Source: Phoronis australis
Lineage: Eukaryota > Animalia > Phoronida
Reading direction: 5' to 3'
Length of the DNA: 64,000 nt
Assembly (NCBI GenBank): GCA_002633005.1
Contig: NMRA01000654.1
Location: forward strand, 122,120-186,119
Below, in pieces: positions 1 to 12,760 of this stretch (positions within the stretch are counted from its first letter, which is position 1; each line of letters begins with the position of its first letter). The translations under genes were made by a program, and so were the position numbers. Under the pieces are notes generated by a model, which had not been told where the DNA came from, did not search any database, and saw only the letters and a list, made by a program, of their open reading frames with translations.

Positions 1-1688
1 GCCTATCGTCTGTCTATTTGAATAAACGACCACGCCCACTCGTTAAAGGACAAATCCACGCCTTCAGTGAAAAAGTAACTTTAAGATTCGGGTCATAACT
101 TTTATTAAATCGGTGTCGGATTAGAAGTGATTTCTGGCTTTAAGAACAACTGGCACTGTTCAAAACTTCTTCATATCTGGCTCATGAAGTTTACTTGTCA
201 CGGCGGGTTAGTGTCAGCTACCGAAGCAGTACATGTACGGGCTTCGGGGAAATTCCAGGTGTTTTAACGCAATGGGTGCAGTGGGTGAAGTAAATGATAA
301 GAACACTATGACTTAGTTTTGCTTCAGAAGAGAAAAAAAAAACAGCTGTGAAGGAAGTCGTCAGGACGCCAGTATCAGCGCTAACGTGATTAATAGCGGC
401 TTTAAAAATGATTTGAATGTGCATACAACAAAACAATGAAATCACGATTGGTTAGAGTGCATGGGATAAATTTGAAAAAAGGCAACACAACGTTTCGACA
501 AGAGCACCTTCTTCAGTTGATGAGTGGTGCCGGGAATGTATGGATTCAGGTTTTAAATTGGTTCCGCGTCGTTAGGCTATCTGAGCAAACTGAAGCATGC
601 GCATCCCATGCCAGAGCATAGATTCGAGTCATCCAATGCAGAAGGAACGATGGTACGTGTACTTGTATATATGATAAAAAGGAATGAAATGATTCCTACG
701 TATCGTATATCCACGTCCCATAATCCGTGGAGTGTTAAACGTTTCGCGCTACCCGTAAAAAGGCCCGGGACTAGTAACAGCATGGTGTACATGCACTACA
801 AGGGCTCGACACTTACCTGCTTGGGTGCGGTTCGGGTGTGCTCACGCGTCCTCGCACATCCTATTCCCCTCTCGCGCACCCGATGGCCACTCCCTCGGAC
901 TCATATTTCGCTATCCGGGACCAGGACCAAATTTTGACACGTCGGTTAAAGATATATTGAAAATGCTTTTGAACTCTCTTTGAGCTTAACAACACATGTT
1001 CACAGAGAAATCTATGCGCTTGAATTTTACAAGTAATGACCATCTCAGTGTCCACATTTAAATGCTGAGAATTACAAATACGAACAAACCGATACCTCAT
1101 AACGTTTTTGTGTGAAAACAGAAACTGTGCCGTACAAGTGCACCTTTTGGCTCGTACGTCTGTAAACACGTAAATATGATGGCTGAGTCGAAGCCACACT
1201 AGTCTGGTTAACACTCCGTTACAAAAAATCTTATCGGTGTTTCGTGCACATGTTCTTAAACTTCTGCGGGTGTTGGGAGGTACCTTGTACTGTGCCGTGA
1301 CAACTAGTATTTTTCATGTGTCTGTCTATTTTTTACTTTTCAATTTGCTATGTACTGTAGTTATGAAGTGAAAACATCAGTTTGATGAAACGTAGTCACC
1401 ATTCTGACGACAAGCGCCGTGCATCTTGATTGTGAGACAAACCTGATTATGGAACTCCAAGTCGTCACGTGTTTTAACGCGTGCTATCCGATAACTCTTT
1501 TACGCGTTATTTTATCACTGCCTGATATAATAACGCATTGATTGGCTCTGAAGATTTGTGTAGCACGTCTATTGTCTTACTTTCGTAAGAGTTATAAAAT
1601 TTTCAATACTCTGCTTCTAAACTTTTGACTTTTACCATACTGAGATTCCAATATACAATTATTGAATTTCAACGCAAGAAATTTTTTC

Positions 1689-2001
1689 TAAGCGTTGAGC
1701 AGAGATTCTGAAAATAAAGTCTCCTAAACGTTGAGGAGAGATTTTGAAAAAAAAATCTAAGCATTGAGGAGAGATTTGAAAAAATTCTCGTAAGCTTTGA
1801 AGAGAGATTTGAAAATAGAATCTCTTAAGCGTTGAGGACAGAGATTTTGAAAAAAATTCTAGTAAGCGTTGAGGAGAGTTTTTGAAAAAATCTTCTAAGC
1901 GTTGAGGACAGAGATTTTGAAAAAAATTCTAGTAAGCGTTGAGGAGAGTTTTTGAAAAAATCTCCTAAGCGTTGAGGAGAGATTTTGAAGAAAAGTCTCC
2001 T
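1689..2001. repeat. Minisatellite, about nine copies of a ~33-37 bp unit (AAGCGTTGAGGAGAGATTTTGAAAAAAATTCT...)
   Basis: Repeated unit read directly from the sequence. Confidence 0.9.
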
Positions 2002-2577
2002 GAGATATGTTCGGAACAGACAAAGGAACAATCGATTAAACTTTGGGAAAGAATTCATGTTTTGATGTCATGTCAACGGTCATGTTTAACGCAAAACAAT
2101 CGACAAATTTCATTTGGTTTGCTAAGAGATCGCAAACTGCGCTCAAAGTGGACGCGCATTTTAATTCCCCCCAAATGACGTGTACTGAAAGCCAGCGAAC
2201 ACTTTTAAAAACTCACCTTTGTAGTGTGATGGTGGAANGCGTTGAGGACAGAGATTTTGAAAAAAATTCTAGTAAGCGTTGAGGAGAGTTTTTGAAAAAA
2301 TCTCCTAAGCGTTGAGGAGAGATTTTGAAGAAAAGTCTCCTGAGATATGTTCGAAACAGACAAAGGAACAATCGATTAAACTTTGGGAAAGAATTCATGT
2401 TTTGATGTCATGTCAACGGTCATGTTTAACGCAAAACAATCGACAAATTTCATTTGGTTTGCTAAGAGATCGCAAACTGCGCTCAAAGTGGACGCGCATT
2501 TTAATTCCCCCCAAATGACGTGTACTGAAAGCCAGCGAACACTTTTAAAAACTCACCTTTGTAGTGTGATGGTGGAA
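1899..2577. repeat. Near-identical 340-bp direct duplication joined by a single N (2238); probably an assembly/haplotype artefact
   Basis: 1899-2237 and 2239-2577 match apart from one substitution I noticed (tcggaac vs tcgaaac); the ORF track shows duplicated peptides 340 bp apart. Confidence 0.85.
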
Positions 2578-3739
2578 ACTGCGATACCTTGATACAGGTT
2601 TGCTTTCACCTGATGCTTCATATTTTACAATTGTATTTAGATATCTTTTGTTTGAAAAAAAAACAAATGTGACGTCGGAATCTGAATGAAATAAAAAGAA
2701 ACACTATACTTTCGAGTTTGATGACGTGCTAGTGGCACAGGGATTGAGGCTTGCGACGAAATAAGAGAGATTAGGTTCAAATCTTATTGATTTAATTGCA
2801 ACGAAAAGAAAGGAAACGTGAAACAGTTTGAAACGGCGTTACCAGAGCAGCGGTCAATATTGCGGTTTACCGACTGACCCCAAGATATTGGTTTATAACT
2901 CCACAATCTATCCAAATCATATAAAAAATCTACTAAATAAAGTCCAGTAACCCTGCCTAATCAACGATGGTGGACTTGGATAGAAACGGACACAATGTCA
3001 ATAGATTCAAAGTTCTTCCTTGACATGGGTATTTTTCGAGGCATCAGCTTTTTACGATTGGTCCAAAAAGGGAACAGACTGAAAGCGTCATCTATTTCTG
3101 AAGCTGTGGTGTTTGCACATCACTAACTGGTCTGTCACACTCGGGTGTTCTTCTCTGGGATCACATCTCACCGCATTGGTCAACTGCCCCAGCATGACGT
3201 GTCAGCGAGACTGCAACTGTAACGGATTCCATTGGAAACGAAAGTGGTCGTATTTACCACGGACGTGTTCAAATCTAAATAACAAATAAGTTATCGTAAT
3301 CCGTGACGTCATTAGTTGTGTATCGTGAAGTTCATTGGCTCTGGAATAAGACGTATCTTCACTTTACGCGTTTGCCTAGTTACGCGCTAACGAGTATGAC
3401 ACGAACGCGCTAACAACAGACAAGTTAATTGGAATTCCATCTGAAAGCTTAATAATTACGTGCAGGGTAAAAAAATGATATCTTGAAGGACTCGTAGCAA
3501 AGCTACAGTATTAATTTTTTTAAATTTTCAGCTCAAACTAGTGCCTTTGGCCACCTATAGCTTACGGCATTTCCATGTTTGTATAATAATTGATGTATTC
3601 AATGTCCCTCATAAGTTTGTCATCTCTCTTATATATAGATTATAGAGTGCGACATCTGTTGTCTGTGGTACAGCAGTTACGATAATTTATGCTCTTCAAA
3701 ATACTAGGTTTTAAGTGTAATTGTTGCGCACGGATATGA

Positions 3740-4020
3740 TGGTTTCATGCGCCCACATACACATGTGGATGCGTGCTACATTAGAGTCATCTCTGTTCGG
3801 TGTCTGTCCCTCCGTCTTGCGTCCGCGCGGCGTCTATAATTGTATCTTGTAAGCTGACCAAGCAACTAGAACGATCTTCGTGAAATTTGACAGGTGTGTT
3901 CATGAACTATGGTGGCGGATGATGACGACGTTCGGCGGCAGCTGCTCTTGACCTAGTTAGTCTTTTTATACGAAACTTGCCAGATGTATTTGAATCCGTC
4001 AAAGGCGGGGATTCATCCAA
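3740..4020 (+). mobile_element. Possible degenerate non-autonomous Helentron/HINE-like repeat
   Basis: TCTGTCCCTCCGTC low-complexity block, GATCTTCGTGAAATTTG and a GGCGGGGATTC end resemble this class; termini not established. Confidence 0.25.
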
Positions 4021-5430
4021 CGTTACCGTCATGTTTTGCGCTCCCCTATATTATGGATAATATGAAAAATTTTGACGTCGTTTCTTGCGCCTGCATTTCT
4101 ATCAGCCAAACAATTTTAAAGCATCGTGTGTATGCCTACACTGTACATGTACATTGACTGGCTTTGAAGACGAATCTACTAGTAAATACCGCTATACTCG
4201 AAGTCGTAGTTTTTGCGAAAGCTTCAATAATTTCCACGTTTAGAGAAAATTCGTCGTTAAATTTAATAACACGTGTTTCTAGTGAGGAGAGCATGGCTAA
4301 CAGCATGTATACCCCCCCGCGCGCGGTCATATAATTTGGTACCTGTGCTCATAAGCACGGCTTACGTTGACTTTCGGACGAATCCGACTACCTCTGTGTC
4401 ACCTTACCGTGTTGCCGCGCCATTAGACCCATGGACGTCTGTGCGAAACTGCGCTTATATGCGAAACTTAGGCGTATGCGCCAACGCGAACCACTTGGGT
4501 AAAAAGGCCGCATAAAGTCATTATTTCTGATATAGGGATACATCTAACTAGTCCTCATATCACATTTTGACGACGATTTTGGTTCTGGCTCAGTTGCCGT
4601 GTGTCTTCTAGGCAACACGTAGCCCCTCGGTTGGCCGGTTAGGGGCCACAATACTTCCCATCGCTTTCTGTACGCATTTCGTTCCTTGTATTTTAAACGG
4701 GCGGTAGGCCATATCCGGCCACCGATTTTGAGTTTTCACCTCGTCAAAAATACATTCCACACTTAAAATTATCACTTAAAAAAGAGCTTGCTTTCTTCAT
4801 TGGTCCTTTCTACTTTTATATATATCTTCTATGAAGTTTAGTTGTGAGAATTAAGGTGACTTTGGCGAAGAATTTCAACTCCACTTTTTTGGTTGCCGTT
4901 AACTTTTTCACCACGCGCGCGATAACCACAAAGTATGTCAACTGAGTCACGTGAGTTAGGCAAAGGCTAGCGCGAGACTAAGCGAAGCGCGTGACGCTAG
5001 CGCGTGACCCTTGCAAAATAGCATGAGAAGGTATCAGGTGAAATTTGTAAGATTTGTGTTCCCTGGACTTTTTATTCACCAACATGCGTGATTTCACGTA
5101 ACTTCCTCAAAATGGCATCCGGTAAGCCTAGAAAATCGAGCAAACCGCGACAGATTTTCATCGATGTGTTCAAATTATCTTGACTAAATCGTCTCCAGAC
5201 TTATGATATGAGTTGTTTATAACTCCATATGCATATATGCATGTTTCATTTGATTTTATTTCCTGTATTTTGAAATGACTAACTTTTGTGGGGATGTAGC
5301 CCACTATCGCCACTGTATGCCTACGGCATCCAGGGCGATGTAATTGCCTATGTGTCATCATGAGTTAACTCAATCTGTGAAGGCCGGTTCTCACGCCTCC
5401 GATGTTGGGTCACCCGCTGAAATGGTACTC

Positions 5431-5482
5431 TTGTACCCGGGGTGGAGCCGATTGTACTTGTACCCGGGGTGGAGCCGATTGT
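5431..5482. repeat. 27-bp tandem duplication (TTGTACCCGGGGTGGAGCCGATTGTAC)
   Basis: Two adjacent copies visible. Confidence 0.85.
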
Positions 5483-6018
5483 GCCCCTGGGAAACTAGGA
5501 GAAAAACACCCTTTTTGAAAGTCTTCAAAATTCTCCAACCAGCCTTTCAATAGAAAGCACGATTAAAGGAGTCCGTGGTGTACGCAGAAAGACCAGTTTA
5601 TCCCGAGAAAGTCTTTCAGCGTTCACACGCCGTCCAAATCGGACCAATGATCTGGCGCCAGCAAAAACCCAAATGTGAACCCTCGTCAGGCGCCTCAGTG
5701 AAATCTGCCTTCCCGGCCACCGTGAGAACTTGGGTTACATTCAACCCGATTCTCGCTAAACCTGCGGTTAGTTTGTACTAGGACCAGTATCATGTATATG
5801 TGTATTACTCCCAGGTTTCTGTTCGCCCATGTTGATTTCACTAGATAGGTCAGAATGTTAGCATTTTGCTAATTACTCGTTAGACAACTGATAGGATGTC
5901 TATAGTTGAGAATGGCTCTCGTGCCTTCGGCTCCGGAACGGGGATTAGCCTCGTTCTGACCACCAACGCGCACTCGGCTCTTGACTTCCTTATTTGTAAA
6001 GTAAACTGAGTTGACTAG

Positions 6019-6468
6019 TTTATTTATTTATTTATTTTATTTATTTATAGTCATATTTAAAATGAGGGTGGCCTCTTCAGTGATAGCACTGCTTTCCAAG
6101 AGGGCTCTCAACAACAAAAAACAGTAATACTATACAATGAAGTAATAAAACAACAATTAAATATACGTAACAAAGATGCAATCAAAACAGGTTGATAATT
6201 AAGACAATAAATAAATGACGAAGAATGGTGAAAATTTAATAAAGAGAGTTGAAATAAATAAAGAAATAACTCTAAACAATGACAGTATTTACGACAATGA
6301 AGGGATGGCATGATTAAGACAGGTACGATATAAAAAGGTTTAATAGGTAAATTACAGACACTTTTTAATATTACGTTTGAAAGTATCAATTGAATCGGAC
6401 CGTTTAATTTCTGGGCTAAGAGAACAGCATAGATAAAAGATCTCTTGCCGGTCTCGGTTTTAATGCTT
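6019..6468 (-). mobile_element. 3' part of an L2/CR1-group LINE (ORF2 C-terminus, 3' UTR, (AAAT)n tail)
   Basis: Minus-strand KSIKTETGKRSFIYA motif typical of the LINE ORF2 C-terminal region; AT-rich 3' UTR ending in AAAT repeats at 6019-6048. Confidence 0.7.
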
Positions 6469-6740
6469 TTAAAGTGTAATTTGCAAGGTTCAAATATGTT
6501 AAATTGCAATAATATCTTCAAGGTATTGCTATTTGGATGTATTTTATTTAAATCATCGTATTATTGTATCTTTAGTTATTTAAAAAAAGCGAAAATAAGA
6601 AAATGCGCGAAAAGTTGACCTTTGACACCGTGACATGGTGTTGGGGAACACAAACCAGATCATATCCCACAATGCAGTTCACTGCTATTATATCACAGTA
6701 CACGAAGAACAAAGACCGTTCAACCTTGGCGTGTTTAGCC

Positions 6741-6880
6741 ATGGTGCATCGGTGTGTGTGTGCTAACTATTTTAACACCACCCAGGTGGAAGGCATGAGC
6801 CCATTTAAATTCTAAAAAGACAAGCATCTGGCTGCGTAATGGCATTTCGTGTGCTCTGCTCGTCTTTTGAAAATGACGGT
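6741..6880 (+). pseudogene. Decayed THAP zinc-finger N-terminus of the Kolobok transposase
   Basis: MVHRCVCANYFNTTQVEGMSPFKF*KDKHLAA*WHFVCSA follows the THAP pattern C..C..FxFP..W..CSxHF, with stops and a deletion. Confidence 0.6.
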
Positions 6881-8129
6881 CGAGTCAGCCATCTGTCGGA
6901 GCCGAAATATGCTCCAGCCATTTTGAGGACGGCTGCTTTGACGACAAACACATCATGAAGGTTGAAGCTGGTCTTACAAAATGGTGTCTAATAATTCCTG
7001 ACGCTTTCGCACGGCCTGAACAATAACAATCTTTTTTCACAATCACCGTAGTTCTCAAGTGTTTAAAATCTGTTGTTTTTCCGTGAAAGATTTAGTTATA
7101 AATGGATCAGTAAAACTAAAAGCCACAAATAAAGCTGATCTCAAAAGATGCATGTATTTTGAAAATAATGCACACTATGAATAAAGTAAAACAGGTTGGT
7201 AACTCAATTCCAAGGTTTTGATTATTAAAGTAGTCTGTTTAAAAAAAAAACAGGATTAAAATCTAGTTTTGGCATTTGCTTGAAGGTTATAAAAGAAGGC
7301 GAACACTTGCAATTAGATATCATCGTGTTTTACTTTAATCATGGACAACTCCGGATTCAAAAGGTTTTTTACTTTTGAATTGCCGCTGTTGTGCTTTTCA
7401 GAGTATGTAAATGAAAGGAGAACACCTTCCACTTAGTGCGGAACAAAAGAGAAGCTGGAGATCTTGAAATTCGCTTAAAAATTGATGCCCCTCCAATGCC
7501 GACTGATGGTGCTCCAGATGTGTCCAAGGAGGATGCCGTGGCACAGATAAATTCAGACTTGGTGCTTTGTCAATGGACAGCACTGGAATTTCTTTCCGTC
7601 ATATATTTAACAGTCACTACCAATGTTTTAGATCAAATTTTTGATAGTGGTACAGATAGCAATGCCAGAGTGTTTATAGTACCAGTAGTGGAAATTGTGA
7701 AAAGCTTTTGTGTGTGGTATTTGGCTGTCCCATTTGTATAGATAAACCCAGTGATATACTATGTTCTNNNNNNNNNNNNNNNNNNNNNNNNNNNNNNNNN
7801 NNNNNNNNNNNNNNNNNNNNNNNNNNNNNNNNNNNNNNNNNNNNNNNNNNNNNNNNNNNNNNNNNNNNNNNNNNNNNNNNNNNNNNNNNNNNNNNNNNNN
7901 NNNNNNNNNNNNNNNNNNNNNNNNNNNNNNNNNNNNNNNNNNNNNNNNNNNNNNNGAGTACGAAAATGAAATGACTTGTTCTATAACCTATAGAATTATG
8001 CCCTCCCCCAGCATCAAGGTGAGAAAGTCTAAATTATAAAATTGGAATTCTTTCGTCCTCTTCTTTACAATTCACAGTCGATTATTCCAAAGTGGTTCTC
8101 ATTCATTCCCTTGCATACATTTATTCACT

Positions 8130-8243
8130 CACTAGTAACCCCCGCTCAGTCTCGGACAATTTTGTTCAATGCTCAATTGCATGCCAGTGAAACCCAGGAT
8201 TCGAACCCGAGTCTCACGAGCTCAAACCACTGAGCCACACTGT
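8130..8243 (-). mobile_element. tRNA-derived SINE relic inside the Kolobok element
   Basis: Minus strand A-box TGGCTCAGTGG (8227-8237) and B-box GGTTCGAATCC (8197-8207); no complete tRNA cloverleaf. Confidence 0.55.
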
Positions 8244-8988
8244 CTACAAAAAATCAGAGACCTAACACTTTTTGAGTGACTTGCTAAAATGCAAAAAAAT
8301 CCCAGTTTTATCACTGAAACTGGTATTTATCCACGGCTGAAACAGTACGATTCACCAATGGGGATATGGGCGCCTGGGACTGACTGGTAAAGCACCTACT
8401 TTTGAATTAAAAAGGACCAAGTTATAATTCGCGGTTGTAGGTTACATATTGATAATATTCTTACCAATCACTAACATCTAATCGCAACTCCTGCGCACCT
8501 TCAGCCTGTTGACGTTCACAGGACGAACCCGCTGGGGGTGAGTCTTCGGCGACCAGAGAAAGGGCCGTGAAAGGGATCGAGGGAGAACGGCTCCACTACA
8601 GAAAAGCTGTGAACACATATTGTTCCTCTGGGATCTGTCACCTCTACCTCCACGTCCGAAAGGTCGAAATCATCTGAAAAGTCCACCTGTCCGTCCCTGT
8701 ATCGTTCAAAGTATTCCTCATCTACGCTGCTGTACTCACTTGGACACACATTGCTTCCTTTGTGTCCCCAACACCACGTCACAGATGTGTAACAAACGAA
8801 AATGGCGCCGTTTCTATTCTCCGTTACAACGATGGCGTTACAACGCCACGGCACTAAATATGTAAATAACTTTGTATAGCGGCGTATGAATTCAGTTAAT
8901 GTTAAGAATATAGCAATGATAATTATAAACTAGAATTTAGACCATATTGTTGTTCAGATTGGTTTGGACCTTGCAATTTCCTCTTTAA

Positions 8989-9125
8989 AAGAAACATTTC
9001 CAGTAACAGAAGTGCGTGTAGAATATACTGCTTCATTGACTACTATTGAATTTTCGGTTGAGATATGCTGGAGCCAAGCCATTGATACATCTGTACATAC
9101 AACAGGCAGAGAGATATTTATCTAG
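8989..9125 (-). mobile_element. Upstream fragment of the same LINE, split off by the Kolobok insertion
   Basis: Minus strand reads MYRCINGLAPAYL, then after a frameshift YSTRTSVTGNVSFK, which joins in frame across TTAA to SIKTETGKRSF. Confidence 0.72.
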
Positions 9126-12100
9126 TGTGCATTTAAAGGGGCGTGGGGAATGTGTTTGTTATTTCGCTATTATTCTGCACGTGATGAATTATTCTAAGCA
9201 GGAGTCACATGTACACTGGTAGGATGTTAGTGTCAGTGGTGTACATTTACTACTAATATGAGCACAGTATACACCGAGTCATGTAGGTGTTGCCGTGACT
9301 GAGATGAAATCAAAGCGGAAAAGAAATTGAGAGTGACGACAAGGGTACCAATATGCCGCTGTCTGGAGGCCCAGCCTTCGATCGTCGTTGCTAAAGTACT
9401 CTGCCTCGTTTTTATGGTCCAAAGTCATGAGCCCGTACGATCGGAGCTGTACAGTCTCTAGGTATTTTCACGGTCGTGCGTGACTGACGAACACTACAAA
9501 AATCAACAAGCCATGCCCTAAACTGTGTTGCCAAAATGGGCTTAGTACGTCCGTGAATATTTACGTGTGTTGGATGTTTCGCGTTCATAGTGGAATACAA
9601 CTGTGCGGCTTCTGAGCTGTGACTATACAAGAGCGACACTTGCGGTCATTTCAAAAAACCTCTTTGACGTCATGGCAACAATGTTTGTCCATCACTATGT
9701 TCATACTGGGTCCCTGATTTGAGTCACTCCTTCGTATCGTTTGTATCGGTTAAACAAAGTGATTATTCTAAAGTTTGAATTTGAAAGGCTTTGGCAAACA
9801 TTTAGAATGATCACTGGTTTTATTATCTGACCGGTCGCCATTTCTGCGACATACGCCCATAAACGATAAATCCGGCACTGAAACCTCTGTAAATAGTGTG
9901 TTAATCAGCCCGAAGGCACACAATCACCTACCGAGCATGTAAAGAATGTAAATTCTCACAGTAAACAGGCTTTGTGCGAAATTGACCAGTTTTTATTGGT
10001 CGATAACGTTCCGTTGGTTCAGCCAATCTTGGGCGCGCTCCACAATACAAGGCACTGGTCGATATCAAAAGAATGGCCGACTTATTAAATTTCTCGCCTG
10101 ACTGCATTCTGACTGTTGTTCATTTCGTATTAGCATGACAAACAACATGACTGTATTTATTTGCTTTGCTGTACACATAATGGGAACGATTTTACGTTTC
10201 ACCTTTCCGATCTAAAATTTAAAACGCGAGCGCTAAATTTGTTTTATATATCATCGATGTATTATGGAATAATAATAGAATCGACTTCACTCGGCCAAGC
10301 CAATGCAGGTAATTCGACAGATGTTTTTATGCCGTTAATAAATACAACGAAGAAAAAGAAGGCTAGCGGCTGTTTCTGTATTTTCTAATAGATCTTTTGC
10401 AAATCTAGAAGTGACGATCCGTCGTCTTGTTTGAAAGATTGTTTCCCGTTGTTCGTGATATAGTGTTCGTGGTGTAATGTTTATCCTGCAATGCCAAAAT
10501 CTTGCTATGGCAACTTTTCGGCGAACTACTTTTTTCGGTATTCACCCAATCATCATCAACACTTCCCCCAGGCACGCGAAATTTTTGCCACATTTGAAGG
10601 GGTGAAATCTAATGGAATTTAACGAAAAACTTTGTTGCGATTTTTGCAAACAAACATGACCCGTGGTACCTGAAATCTGGTACGGTAAACTCAGTAAGAC
10701 TTTCCGCGGTACCTGCATTGGGTAGAAGCTAATATTAGTCCAATATTATATCTCCACGTACATCGTGGTTGATTTACTGGACGGAAACGTAATCTTTATA
10801 TATTCCAGCAATTACTTATCCTTAGTTCTCTACATAATTATGACTAGTTTAAGCTCATTACAATATCTATAACACTGAGATTTTCTTGTTCTGATTTAAA
10901 TTGACCCTGGACTCTCCGTTGTGTTAAACAATGTCAACTCCAGTGCATGCAGGTTTGCGGATAAGAGAAGAAATAACAACGTATGAAATAACACCTTGTT
11001 ATTCGATGTTATCACTGCACATTGTCCATGTCTCATTATAAACACAATTGTTTTAAGCTACAATAATGGAATTCCGTTCTAAAATTTCAATTCGCTAGTG
11101 GCGTTGTCAATGTGGAATAACGTTTTCGAGTGATGTTAGCCTGTTTTGTACAATTACACATGTATGAATTTGGTTCCAACAATATACTCTGACTCCACTG
11201 ACGTCATGAATTGTTAACCTCGGTAAAGAGTTTGTCTTTTTGCCAAACTTTCTAAGTGCGTGACGTCACCGTTAGTTATCAACCATGCGCAAACACACCG
11301 ACGTTCTTCTCAATACCACAGCTAACGACCGAATAGCTTGAACTTCTCTGCTAACGGTTTTCGTCGTATGTTTTGTGTTCTCTACCTAACACAGTATAGC
11401 TATGTCGCAAAAAGGATAATTCAATGTGCGGCGCACGATAGGGGGCTGTGGGGCTATAGCCTCATACTTATTTCAATGCTGCGCCTCCCATCACGTATCA
11501 TTTGACGCGCCTGCGTTTACGTGATTAAACCGCAGTTTCGCTATGACATTGACGGAAGCATTCTTACATTGGATTTTTGCCCTGTTTAAGGTTTCATAAC
11601 ACAAAATCTAACTAACCAAGCACTTATTTTGGAAAATAACTGGAAAATTTTTGAATTTAAAAATATAATGATTTTTTGGTTTCCCGCCACGTGATGTCCT
11701 TAGTGGAAGATTTTGATCAGTTGCCATGCAGTATACATGCAATAGCGGTTAGTTATAATTTTGTAAGTTACGAAGGCTTAGAGAGCGCACATGACGAGTA
11801 TTTTGAAGAATGAAGACGACACTCAGACCATAGGTGAAACAGGTAATCAGTTAGACCTCGAAATAGCGGCAGACTGCATGTTTGTTGCCGTACGATCTCG
11901 ACCCCTCCGCATAGGCGCCTCCGGCGAGTGAAGCCGAGTCGGAGTATACTCAGCCTGTGGACAGTCCTGGTTAATTTTAGAGTGGTAATTAAAGCATTTT
12001 ATTGAATTACGATTTAATTTTTAACCACTTTACTGTAAATCTAACCGAAGTTTTACCGTGACTGTCGAAGCCCAGTCGCCTATACCGGACACTGATTTCA

Positions 12101-12529
12101 TTTCTTCGAATGTCGAGTGCGTTTGTTAGGAACAATCATGTCTAATAATGGTGATGCTACCTGGATTTTATTTCTGGTAAACGATACTCCTTTCTGTCTT
12201 GTCTATTCGAAACTGATAGCTTTGTACTGTTGCGATTCGTGGATTATTTCGGTCCAGTGTCCGTCTCCAGCCTCTGCGCTGGCTACGATCGTGACCTCAA
12301 ACTATTTGCGTGGCATCTACATCCCATTTTCTACTATTGGGCATTAGATCCATTCCCACAAAATCTTGAACAAAAATAGACTGATGGAAACTTACTGCAT
12401 TCAGATTCATTATCTCAGTCAGCATTAAAATGCTGTGTCCCGTACCCAATATGTGCCTGACAACTACGTTCCCAGCAATGGTACAACGCAATAACTTTTT
12501 CTCCATGCACATTTACGTTGAGAAACCTT

Positions 12530-12760
12530 CGTCAAATCTCCGTTTCTGCGACGCATTGAAGCAAGCATGATTCTTCAAAATGGGCTGAGCACAACGTGGC
12601 CCCTGAATTGATCGCTTGCTCCACCGTGTACTGCCATACCCGTGACCGACGCATAACCTGTGCATTTCTTGTCGATCTCAGGATCATTTGGTATCGCAAA
12701 AATTGAAATAATGTCAGTCCGATTGCTGTTACTGCATCCTCCACACGTGTAACTTTTCAT
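12530..12760 (-). pseudogene. Frameshifted THAP domain (transposase N-terminus relic)
   Basis: Two overlapping ORFs join into MKSYTCGGCSNSNRTDIISIFAIPNDPEIDKK / QVMRRSRVWQY...ATLCSAHFEESC, matching the THAP C2CH signature. Confidence 0.78.

Larger units (their letters stand above)
6473..8984 (+). mobile_element. Kolobok-type DNA transposon, internally deleted and degenerate
   Basis: TTAA on both sides (6469-6472, 8985-8988); AG...CT termini; 22-bp TIR with 18/22 match (AGTGTAATTTGCAAGGTTCAAA vs AGAGGAAATTGCAAGGTCCAAA); subterminal inverted repeat ~6629-6653 / ~8759-8782; decayed THAP on + and a convergent acidic ORF on -. Confidence 0.8.

Noticed and set aside
43-65. TTAA-AGGACAAATCCAC as a Kolobok-like left end (similar TTAA-AG starts at ~5564 and ~9133)
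   Set aside because: No matching inverted right end found in the window, so no element could be delimited.
1689-2340. ~35-bp periodic repeats resembling a CRISPR array
   Set aside because: Units are contiguous with no unique spacers, there are no cas genes, and the context is eukaryotic; it is a minisatellite.
1899-2577. Duplicated small ORFs as a tandem gene pair
   Set aside because: Near-identical copies joined by a single N point to an assembly overlap; the peptides derive from repeat sequence.
8130-8243. tRNA gene
   Set aside because: A and B boxes are only ~19 nt apart and no cloverleaf can be built; treated as a SINE relic.
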